DNA of 64,000 nt from Candidatus Beckwithbacteria bacterium GW2011_GWC1_49_16 (GCA_001029675.1 CP011210.1:384427-448426); one strand, 5' to 3'. Shown: positions 10,261-17,818, counted from the first letter of the stretch. The notes: generated by a model from the letters alone, not told the origin. A program made the numbers and translations.

Positions 10261-10323
10261 GAAAAGAAAAAGAAGTAAGTGAAAAAGCGCGAAAATTTAA
10301 AACAAAAGAACAAGACAATAAAT

Positions 10324-11904
10324 ATGATCAAATACATCGCTTACTGCCGAAAATCAACTGATGAAAAAGACAAACAAATCATGTCTATTGAACAACAAAT
10401 GGAGGAATTGAAAGCATTTGCTCAAAGAGAGAATTTGGAAATTTCACAATTTCTGACAGAAGCGGAAACCGCGAAAGTTCCCGGACGACCAATTTTCAAT
10501 TCTCTTATTACCTTAATTGAAAAAGGACTTATCAACGGAATTATCAGTTGGCACCCGGACAGACTAGCTAGAAATTCAATTGATGGCGGAAAAATAATTT
10601 ATCTAGTCGATACTGGAAAATTACAAGCCCTAAAATTCCCGTCTTTTTGGTTTGAGAATACCCCGCAAGGAAAATTTATGCTTTCAATTGCTTTTGGTCA
10701 GTCAAAGTATTATGTGGATAATCTTTCCGAAAATGTTAAACGAGGATTGTATTTCAAACTTCGCCGTGGAGATTGGCCGTCTTACGCGCCATTAGGATAC
10801 AAAAACGATAGAAACACAAGGAGCGTGATGATAGAACCGCGCTCTGCGCGGCTAGTAAAAGAGGCATTCAAAAACTTTGCCTCGGGCGAATTTTCTTCAA
10901 TGAAAGATATTCGTGATCTATTTTTCAAAAACGAGATAACTCGTAGAAATGGAAAGCCTTTACATTTTAACCAAATTAGAGAAATGCTTCAGCGGACCTT
11001 TTATTATGGTTTGATGACGTATCGCGGAGAAACCTACGAAGGAAAACACAGGCCACTCATAACCAAAAAACTTTTTGATGAAGTGCAGAAAGTTTTGGAG
11101 AAGAAATATAACAGGAAACCGCAGAAACACGATTTTGCGTTTACTGGCTTTATCAAATGTAAAGAGTGCGACAGTTTCTTCACCGCTGAAAAACACAAAA
11201 AGTTTTATCCCAAAACCAGAGGCGAAGTTTGGTACACCTATTACCGTTGTGTAAAGAAAAAAGGTGTTTGCTCACAACCGTATTTACCAGAATCAGAACT
11301 TGAGAAACAATTACGAGATTTAATTGGCAGTGTTTCTCTCTCCGAAGTATTGGCAAACAAACTTTTGGCGATGGCAGAAAAGGACGGAGAGAAAGAAAAG
11401 CAGTTCGCCGTTGGCGAACTCCAAAAACTCTCATTTTCTCTAACTGAAATTGAAAAGAAACTGGATAAACTTCTCGAAAGCTATTTGGAAGAGATTGTTG
11501 ACACTGAAAGTTATCAAAGGAAAAAAGACGAGTTGCTTCAAATTAAAAAACTTTTGCAAGAGGAAATCGAGGAAATTAAGACCAAAGGTTCGAGTTGGCT
11601 CGAACCACTCAAAGAATTTATAAAAGAGGCCGCTGATGCGGCTAAAATCGCGCGCGCAAAAAATAATTGCAAAGATCTGGCGATCTTTGCAAAAAAAGTC
11701 GGCTCGAACTACTTCTTAAATGACAAGCGGCTCGAATTTTCCCTGTCCGAAGCCTCTGCGGCGCTGGCCGTGAGGGCGGGCGCGGCCAGCGCCTACCCTT
11801 CCGATCTCCTTTTGTGCCGAGGACAGGAGTTGAACCTGCACGGGCAAAGCCCACTACGTCCTCAACGTAGCCTGTCTACCAGTTCCAGCACCTCGGCATG
11901 TTAA
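10324..11904 (+). CDS. Large serine recombinase (resolvase, recombinase, Zn-ribbon and coiled-coil domains)
   Basis: YCRKS catalytic Ser, DRLARN, APLGY, CKEC...RC...C; start MIKYIA matches the paralog; 3' end runs antisense through tRNA-Leu. Confidence 0.95.
   Translation: MIKYIAYCRKSTDEKDKQIMSIEQQMEELKAFAQRENLEISQFLTEAETAKVPGRPIFNSLITLIEKGLINGIISWHPDRLARNSIDGGKIIYLVDTGKLQALKFPSFWFENTPQGKFMLSIAFGQSKYYVDNLSENVKRGLYFKLRRGDWPSYAPLGYKNDRNTRSVMIEPRSARLVKEAFKNFASGEFSSMKDIRDLFFKNEITRRNGKPLHFNQIREMLQRTFYYGLMTYRGETYEGKHRPLITKKLFDEVQKVLEKKYNRKPQKHDFAFTGFIKCKECDSFFTAEKHKKFYPKTRGEVWYTYYRCVKKKGVCSQPYLPESELEKQLRDLIGSVSLSEVLANKLLAMAEKDGEKEKQFAVGELQKLSFSLTEIEKKLDKLLESYLEEIVDTESYQRKKDELLQIKKLLQEEIEEIKTKGSSWLEPLKEFIKEAADAAKIARAKNNCKDLAIFAKKVGSNYFLNDKRLEFSLSEASAALAVRAGAASAYPSDLLLCRGQELNLHGQSPLRPQRSLSTSSSTSAC
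11815..11897 (-). tRNA. tRNA-Leu(GAG)
   Basis: Cloverleaf with long variable arm, anticodon loop TTGAGGA. Confidence 0.95.
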
Positions 11905-11906
11905 AG

Positions 11907-11991
11907 TGCCACGGGTGAGAGTCGAACTCACACGAGCCAAAGGCCCACACGCTCCTGAAGCGTGCCTGTCTGCCAGTTCCAGCACCGTGGC
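11907..11991 (-). tRNA. tRNA-Leu(CAG)
   Basis: Cloverleaf with long variable arm, anticodon loop TTCAGGA. Confidence 0.95.
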
Positions 11992-12042
11992 CCAAACCAA
12001 ACTTAAAGATATTTTAGCACAATCTGGTATACTAGAAGCCGA

Positions 12043-12115
12043 GGCAGGGTAGCCAAGGCGGTCACGGCGGGCGTCTGAAAAACGTCAGATACTGGTTCGA
12101 TTCCAGTCCCTGCCA
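12043..12115 (+). tRNA. tRNA-Phe(GAA)
   Basis: GGCAGGG...CCCTGCC-A, anticodon loop CTGAAAA. Confidence 0.9.
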
Positions 12116-12123
12116 CAGACGGA

Positions 12124-12912
12124 ATGAGTAAAGACCACCAAACATTGAATGAATTCGTTAACCGTTTCTGGTATGTGCCTTCTGATATAGTGGCTAGACT
12201 AGCTGAGGCCTTGGTTTGGCAGGAACGCAGTTTTAAAAAACCAGTTTTAGACATTGGCTGCGGTGATGGCAGTATTGGTGAGTTGATTTTTAAAGGTAAA
12301 GTAATTGACATGGGGATAGATTTAAATCAGAAAGCCATTGAGACAGCGGCTGACAGCGATGTTTATAAAAAGACGAGAGCGGCCGATGCGACCAAATTGC
12401 CCTTTAAAAACAACAGCTATCAAACAGTGGTCAGCAACAGCACCTTTGAACACATTAACGACGATGTGCAAGCGGTCAAAGAAGCTTATCGAGTCTTAGA
12501 GCCTGGCGGTTATTTGTATTTGACTGTGCCGACGGATAAGTTTGAAGCAGCCGTTGCCAGGTTAGCCAGAACAGAGAAGAATTTAGCCAGAATTAATCAA
12601 AGGCTGGCACATTATCACTATCACAGTTTAAAGGACTGGAGAGTAATTTTAAAAAGGACCGGTTTTCAAACAGTTGAATTTAAGTATTTTTTCCCGGAGA
12701 GAATGGTCAATGTTTGGTATAGATTTTTTCGGCTAGTCACTTTTAAGCCAAATAAAAGGGAGTTGTGGTCTTATTTGAGCGACGATCGTTTTAAAAGGTT
12801 TATGCCAAAGAAATTGATAAAGGTGATTCTGTTTAAATATTTTCAAGGTTTTTATGGTGATTTATTCTCAAAGAAGGGTTGTTTGTTGTTTATCAAAGCG
12901 CTTAAGCGATGA
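12124..12912 (+). CDS. Class I SAM-dependent methyltransferase
   Basis: VLDIGCGDG, DATKLPF, STFEHI, RVLEPGG. Confidence 0.9.
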   Translation: MSKDHQTLNEFVNRFWYVPSDIVARLAEALVWQERSFKKPVLDIGCGDGSIGELIFKGKVIDMGIDLNQKAIETAADSDVYKKTRAADATKLPFKNNSYQTVVSNSTFEHINDDVQAVKEAYRVLEPGGYLYLTVPTDKFEAAVARLARTEKNLARINQRLAHYHYHSLKDWRVILKRTGFQTVEFKYFFPERMVNVWYRFFRLVTFKPNKRELWSYLSDDRFKRFMPKKLIKVILFKYFQGFYGDLFSKKGCLLFIKALKR

Positions 12913-12945
12913 TATAATGCCTAAGCTAATTAGTGAGTTTAAAGT

Positions 12946-13018
12946 GCGGGAGTAGCTCAGCTGGTAGAGCGTCTCGTTGCCAACGAGAAGGTCGCGGGTT
13001 CGAATCCCGTCTCCCGCT
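12946..13018 (+). tRNA. tRNA-Gly(GCC)
   Basis: GCGGGAG...CTCCCGC-T, anticodon loop TTGCCAA. Confidence 0.95.
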
Positions 13019-13049
13019 CAAAACTGATTTCTTGTGGTAAAATTAGCCT

Positions 13050-13241
13050 ATGGTGTTAGGTAAAAGTCCGGAGTCCAGGCCGGGAGGCGACGGGCAGAGC
13101 CCGGAAGCGCCCGAGAAGCAGATTAAAAAGTCTTCGGCGCCGTCACCGTTGTCTTTAAAAGAGATCGCTTGGACTGCTGATAATGAGCTTAAGTTTCAGA
13201 TGGGCAATATGCACGGCGAGGTGCCGGTGAAGAAACCTTAA
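13050..13241 (+). CDS. Small hypothetical protein
   Basis: 63-aa ORF filling the gap between two tRNAs, preceded by a TGGTAAAAT -10-like sequence. Confidence 0.45.
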   Translation: MVLGKSPESRPGGDGQSPEAPEKQIKKSSAPSPLSLKEIAWTADNELKFQMGNMHGEVPVKKP

Positions 13242-13269
13242 GGTTAAGATTTTGTTATAATTATCCCAC

Positions 13270-13340
13270 TGCCGGATGGTGAAATGGCATCACAGAGGCC
13301 TTTGAAGCCTTTATTCTAGGTTCGAATCCTGGTCCGGCAA
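13270..13340 (+). tRNA. tRNA-Gln(TTG)
   Basis: TGCCGGA...TCCGGCA-A, anticodon loop CTTTGAA. Confidence 0.93.
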
Positions 13341-14837
13341 CAGATTGGAATTTTTTTCAGAATTTTTCGCGTCGGTGGGGCGCGACGCGAATACATTCCA
13401 GCCTGGTGAGACGTAATTTACCAAGAGTTTTTGATTGTCTAAAAACAGGTTCGAGCTGACAGTTTTTGCCATGAATGCTAATTCAGGGCCATTATTTTTT
13501 GCGCGCATTGTTTTCCAGGCGTGAAGCGCCTGGTCTGTCCAATTAGAAAAAGGTTCGAGCCAAGAGTTGCCTGTGATGTTAATCTCCTTGAGTTTTTCTT
13601 GTAAGCCGGCCTTGGCTTGGATTAGTTCGTTTTTCTTGTCCTGGTAGCTTTGGGGATCAATCAGCTGGTCTAAGTAGGCATTGAGCAACCGGTCAAGCTT
13701 GGTTTCGATTGTCTTCAATTCATTATTTAAACCGTTAATTTCCGCCACGCTTTTGAGCTTGGCAGTTTGGCGGTCTTTTTCCAGCCAGGCAAGAAACTTT
13801 TTGTAGGCGGTCGGGGCTAAACTGACTTTTTGGATAATCTGCCTCATTTGAGTTTCCAGCTCTTTTTTAGGAGTATACCGCTGGTTACATTTACCTTTCT
13901 TTTTAGAACAACGGTAATAAGTATAAGTAACGGTATTGTTTGTCCGAGGGTAAAACTTGGTATGGGTTTCAGCGGTGATTGATGAACCGCATTCTCGGCA
14001 TTTAATCAATCCTAAAAAGTCAAACCCGGATTTAATGGAATTTTCCTGCCGTGAATGCTGTTTGACGATTTTTTGACAGCGGTCAAAAAGTTTCTTAGAA
14101 ATTAACGGCAGGTGGTTTCCGGCAAAGAGTTCGCCGCCAAAATTCATCAAGCCATAATAAAAGGGGTTAGATAAAATCCGCCGGGAAATGCTATCCAAAT
14201 GGATCGGTTTTCCCGCCCGGCTGAAAACCTTGTTTTGGCTCAAAAATCGCCGCATATCCACGTAAGTATAGCGGCCGGTAGCAAATAGCCTGAAGGCTTT
14301 GGCTATAAACTTGGCGCGGTTGGGGTCAACCACGATAGTTTTATCCGCTTTGTTGTTTAGGTAGCCAAGTGGGGCTTTGTTAGGCCAGTCGCCGCGCCTA
14401 AGTTTTTGCCGATTCCCCCGCTTAACATTTTCGGAAAGATTATCCACATAATACTTGGCTTCGGAAAAGGCCATGGAGATCATGAATTTGCCCTGCGGTG
14501 TATTGTCAAACCAGAAGGTGGGAAACTTTAGGTCAAGTAACTTGCCGGTATCCAGAAGGTAAATAATCTGGCCGCCGTCAATCGAGTTTCTGGCCAGCCG
14601 ATCGGGATGCCAGGCTAAAATTCCTTGGATCTCCCCCGCTTCAATTAATTGAATTAGTTGGTTAAATTCCACTCTACCAGGAATTTTGGCGGTTTTTGAT
14701 TCGGTGATAAATTTAACAATCTGTAAGTTTTCCCGTTGGGCGAACTCTTTTAATTCTTCAATCTGGCTTTCGATTGATAGCACCTGTTTATCTTTTTCGT
14801 CGGTACTTTTTCGACAGTAGGCGATGTATTTAATCAT
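13311..14837 (-). CDS. Large serine recombinase (paralog of 10324-11904)
   Basis: Same N-terminus MIKYIAYCRKSTDEKDKQ, DRLARNSIDGG, CREC...RC...C; stop codon lies inside tRNA-Gln. Confidence 0.95.
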   Translation of the reverse strand: MIKYIAYCRKSTDEKDKQVLSIESQIEELKEFAQRENLQIVKFITESKTAKIPGRVEFNQLIQLIEAGEIQGILAWHPDRLARNSIDGGQIIYLLDTGKLLDLKFPTFWFDNTPQGKFMISMAFSEAKYYVDNLSENVKRGNRQKLRRGDWPNKAPLGYLNNKADKTIVVDPNRAKFIAKAFRLFATGRYTYVDMRRFLSQNKVFSRAGKPIHLDSISRRILSNPFYYGLMNFGGELFAGNHLPLISKKLFDRCQKIVKQHSRQENSIKSGFDFLGLIKCRECGSSITAETHTKFYPRTNNTVTYTYYRCSKKKGKCNQRYTPKKELETQMRQIIQKVSLAPTAYKKFLAWLEKDRQTAKLKSVAEINGLNNELKTIETKLDRLLNAYLDQLIDPQSYQDKKNELIQAKAGLQEKLKEINITGNSWLEPFSNWTDQALHAWKTMRAKNNGPELAFMAKTVSSNLFLDNQKLLVNYVSPGWNVFASRPTDAKNSEKNSNLLPDQDSNLE

Positions 14838-15252
14838 TTTTTTTAATCCAACTAGACAATATTATCCCAATTAGAATTGTTAATGATATTGAGATTAAAA
14901 TATTACATATTGGTATCAGATTAAATACCGTCTGTAATGTTTGTAATAAAGTAAAAAATATGGCAATAAAACTTAGTGAAAGTGTGGTTCTTTGTAAACT
15001 AATATTTGTTTTTTCTAGTTTTTGACTTTGTTCATTAAGACTTTTTATTGTTGAGTTTAATCTCCGAAGTTTAATGTCTAGCTTTAACATCAATCCTATA
15101 TTTGTGATAAAACTGAAAACTTGCCAACCCTCTGGTGTGTTACTTTTAAGCCCAGCGTTTGTGCGCACATCTTGGGCAAGTTTGAGAATTTCTTCAAAAG
15201 GAAAGTCTTTGATTTTCTTTAAACGCTCGTCTATCGGAATTTCTTTATTCAT
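14830..15252 (-). CDS. Hypothetical membrane protein (coiled coil plus two C-terminal TMs), overlapping the LSR start
   Basis: 140-aa AT-rich ORF; stop overlaps the first LSR codons. Confidence 0.7.
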   Translation of the reverse strand: MNKEIPIDERLKKIKDFPFEEILKLAQDVRTNAGLKSNTPEGWQVFSFITNIGLMLKLDIKLRRLNSTIKSLNEQSQKLEKTNISLQRTTLSLSFIAIFFTLLQTLQTVFNLIPICNILISISLTILIGIILSSWIKKND

Positions 15253-15299
15253 AGTTTTTTAAAATATTGCGTTTTCTTTTCCTGTTTTTATTTCCTTTT

Positions 15300-15483
15300 A
15301 ATTACGTTTCACCAGGCTGGAATGTATTCGCGTCGCGCCCCACCGACGCGAAAAATTCTGAAAAAAATTCCAATCTGTTGACAGTTTACCGAAAAGTTCG
15401 AACTTCTTTCCAGCAAATTGTTAAATGATTGGCTCGGCCGCTGCGTGGCCTCGCCTTTTTGGCACTCGCTTCGCTCGTGCCTT
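15300..15483. repeat. Internal inverted copy of the element-2 attP junction
   Basis: 15300-15380 = rc of 13338-13418 (80/81); 15377-15483 = rc of 16708-16814 (107/107); the two overlap exactly at the core. Confidence 0.95.
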
Positions 15484-15586
15484 GAAAACTGTCAGCTCGA
15501 AGCAGATTACTATCTGCTAAAAGAAAACGCAAAATTTTTAAAGAGCTAGATCAATTTGAATACATTAAGTAGTATAATAGATTGAT

Positions 15587-16324
15587 ATGTGGGTAACAAT
15601 ACTTGTAATTGCCATTATCCTTTATTACTTCTATTACAAATTAGAAAAAAGGGTTAATTTTCTTGAAAAAAGCAAAGGCCCAGGATATTCTGTTCGTTTT
15701 CGAATAGATGCTCATAATGCGGTTATAAAACACAAAATGCTTGGCAAGCTTACAAATATTCAAAGCGCAATAAAAGGAAAAGATTACAGTAGCTGGACTG
15801 AAACTGAAAAAAGTAAGTTAAGAAAAATTTACAAAAAATCACTTGATAAAAGTATCGTTGATATTACCTATTTAGCTTCAGAAAACGCTTATTTTATAAA
15901 TGATGGGCATAAAACTAATATTGTGTTAAGAGATGAAATAAGTACGTTAATATACTCTTCATTTGTAATTGGAGACGAAAATACAATTGAATCACCTGTC
16001 ATTGAATTTTCAGTTTATGAAAGATTAGTGAAAGAGGGTAAAAATAACTATAAATGGGTATTAGCTCCATGTCTTGAATATCGTGAAAATATGCTTGATT
16101 TAGAAAAGAAAAATGACCAAATTGACATACTGTTTGAATTTCCACTTTATGAAAACCATGATGAACAAAAAATGAAACAGTTGGGATTTAAAGTTACTAC
16201 CAATAAAGATTACCCGGAAGGATGTAAAGATATTTTCGGGAAAGAGTTTGCGTTTACTCAAAGTATCTATGAAAAAAATGGAGTTGAATTAAAATATTTT
16301 ACAATGTATACAAGCTTGAATTAA
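15587..16324 (+). CDS. Hypothetical cargo protein with N-terminal TM
   Basis: 245-aa AT-rich ORF; TATAAT at about 15573. Confidence 0.75.
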   Translation: MWVTILVIAIILYYFYYKLEKRVNFLEKSKGPGYSVRFRIDAHNAVIKHKMLGKLTNIQSAIKGKDYSSWTETEKSKLRKIYKKSLDKSIVDITYLASENAYFINDGHKTNIVLRDEISTLIYSSFVIGDENTIESPVIEFSVYERLVKEGKNNYKWVLAPCLEYRENMLDLEKKNDQIDILFEFPLYENHDEQKMKQLGFKVTTNKDYPEGCKDIFGKEFAFTQSIYEKNGVELKYFTMYTSLN

Positions 16325-16336
16325 TTATAAACTTTT

Positions 16337-16600
16337 ATGACAAAGGATTTTACAAATTATTGTGATGATTCTGGACAAAAAATTTATGTTGGAGATCTAG
16401 TTACATTAGCATCTCCCCTCAAAAATGAAATTGATAAAATAAACATTTTTAAAGTTGTAAAAGGTAAAAACGATTACGAAATTGTATTTTACAAAGGATC
16501 AATGAGTAGTACAGATAGAAATTACCGACAAAAATTATCCGGAGCATATAAAGTAATTGGCAATATTAAAACAGGGATTGATGAGAGTTTGTTAGAGTAG
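16337..16600 (+). CDS. YopX-like small protein
   Basis: DDSGQKIYVGDLV...KVIGNI resembles the YopX C-terminal pattern. Confidence 0.55.
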   Translation: MTKDFTNYCDDSGQKIYVGDLVTLASPLKNEIDKINIFKVVKGKNDYEIVFYKGSMSSTDRNYRQKLSGAYKVIGNIKTGIDESLLE

Positions 16601-16943
16601 ATCTTGGTTATAGGCATTAGATTTGAATGTTATAATAACTTTATTAGTAATAAAGCGATCAGAAAACTCGCCCGTAAGGGCGAGCAATGCGCGCAAAAAA
16701 TAATGTAAAGGCACGAGCGAAGCGAGTGCCAAAAAGGCGAGGCCACGCAGCGGCCGAGCCAATCATTTAACAATTTGCTGGAAAGAAGTTCGAACTTTTC
16801 GGTAAACTGTCAACCAACACGTGCACCCCGGAGTGACCGGGGTTCCTAAAAAGCCCGAAAGGGCTTGCTAAAACCCCAATTGTTTCTCCGAGATTCGAAC
16901 AATAAGAATACTTAATCTAGACGCAATATGTAAAAAACCAAAC

Positions 16944-17816
16944 ATGACAGATTTTTCAAACAAACTAACTACTAATGATATCCTCGAGAATGATCAATTA
17001 AGGTCTCAATACATACATAGAATAATTCGGAGAGGTAATAGAAATGTTCCTAAAAGTGATGCACCGGTTATTCCTTACTTATTAGTTCAATATTGGAATG
17101 ATTCATCCGCAATTCCTTCCGATGTTCAAAAATGTATTGATAGCTGGAAGCTTTTAGAAAAATTTGGTTTTAGACATCTTCTGTTTGATGACAAGAGCGC
17201 ACAAAAGTTTATCGAAGAGAATCTTAGCATACACTATTTAAAGGCATTTAGAAGGTGTAATCATCCCGCGATGAGATCTGATTATTTTCGCTTATGCTTC
17301 ATATTGGTTAATGGAGGTTTTTATTCCGATGCCGATGATGTTTATAAAGGTAGTGATTTCAAGTCATATTTTTACGATGAAAGACTAAAGCTTCAACCAC
17401 TCTGTTACAATCTGTTGACTAATTCGATGATTAAAATTTCTGATTCCGTATTGGCTCCCTGCGATTCAAAAGAACTAATATTTTACGTTAACAATAATCC
17501 CATTATTGCGCCACCTAACAACCCAGTTATTTATATGGCTCTTGAAAGAGCTACTCAAACGTTACTAAATCAATTTAAGGGAGATAAACAAGATGTGCAG
17601 TCAACGACTGGACCTGGAAATTTGACCATTAGTCTAGCTCGACACGAAATTGAAACAGATCAAGATAATATGGACTTAGACTTTATGTTCCTTGCTGACT
17701 GGGATGAAATTGCACTTAGCCAGTGGCCACTAGAATATAGATTTGATAAAAGAAACTGGAGGTTATGGGATGGACTTGAAAAAGAAATTAATAAAAGAAA
17801 GGCGGACGTTAAATAA
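16944..17816 (+). CDS. DXD glycosyltransferase (GT32/OCH1-like)
   Basis: QYW, MRSDYFRL..ILVNGGFYSDADD, TTGPG. Confidence 0.75.
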   Translation: MTDFSNKLTTNDILENDQLRSQYIHRIIRRGNRNVPKSDAPVIPYLLVQYWNDSSAIPSDVQKCIDSWKLLEKFGFRHLLFDDKSAQKFIEENLSIHYLKAFRRCNHPAMRSDYFRLCFILVNGGFYSDADDVYKGSDFKSYFYDERLKLQPLCYNLLTNSMIKISDSVLAPCDSKELIFYVNNNPIIAPPNNPVIYMALERATQTLLNQFKGDKQDVQSTTGPGNLTISLARHEIETDQDNMDLDFMFLADWDEIALSQWPLEYRFDKRNWRLWDGLEKEINKRKADVK

Positions 17817-17818
17817 AC

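Larger units (their letters stand above)
9493..11817. mobile_element. LSR element 1, integrated at the 3' end of tRNA-Leu(GAG)
   Basis: 5-bp core TGTGC at 9493-9497 and 11813-11817; removal restores tRNA-Leu and tRNA-Val 4 nt apart; contains an LSR, one cargo ORF and an internal inverted attP copy. Confidence 0.85.
13338..16814. mobile_element. LSR element 2, integrated at the 3' end of tRNA-Gln(TTG)
   Basis: 4-bp core CAAC at 13338-13341 and 16811-16814; removal restores an encoded CCA on tRNA-Gln; AT-rich cargo; internal inverted attP copy. Confidence 0.88.

Noticed and set aside
11588-11607. Perfect hairpin GGTTCGAG-TTGG-CTCGAACC in LSR1
   Set aside because: The equivalent codons in LSR2 (GNSWLEP) do not form it, so it may be chance.
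10171-11817. Classical IS with terminal inverted repeats around the recombinase
   Set aside because: The repeat overlaps the gene's 3' end and joins a second repeat exactly at the att core, with no target-site duplication. The attP-mirror model explains all matches.
9493-16814. Prophage, CRISPR array or diversity-generating retroelement
   Set aside because: No structural or replication genes, no repeat-spacer array and no reverse transcriptase. The repeats are inverted and lack adenine-specific mismatches.
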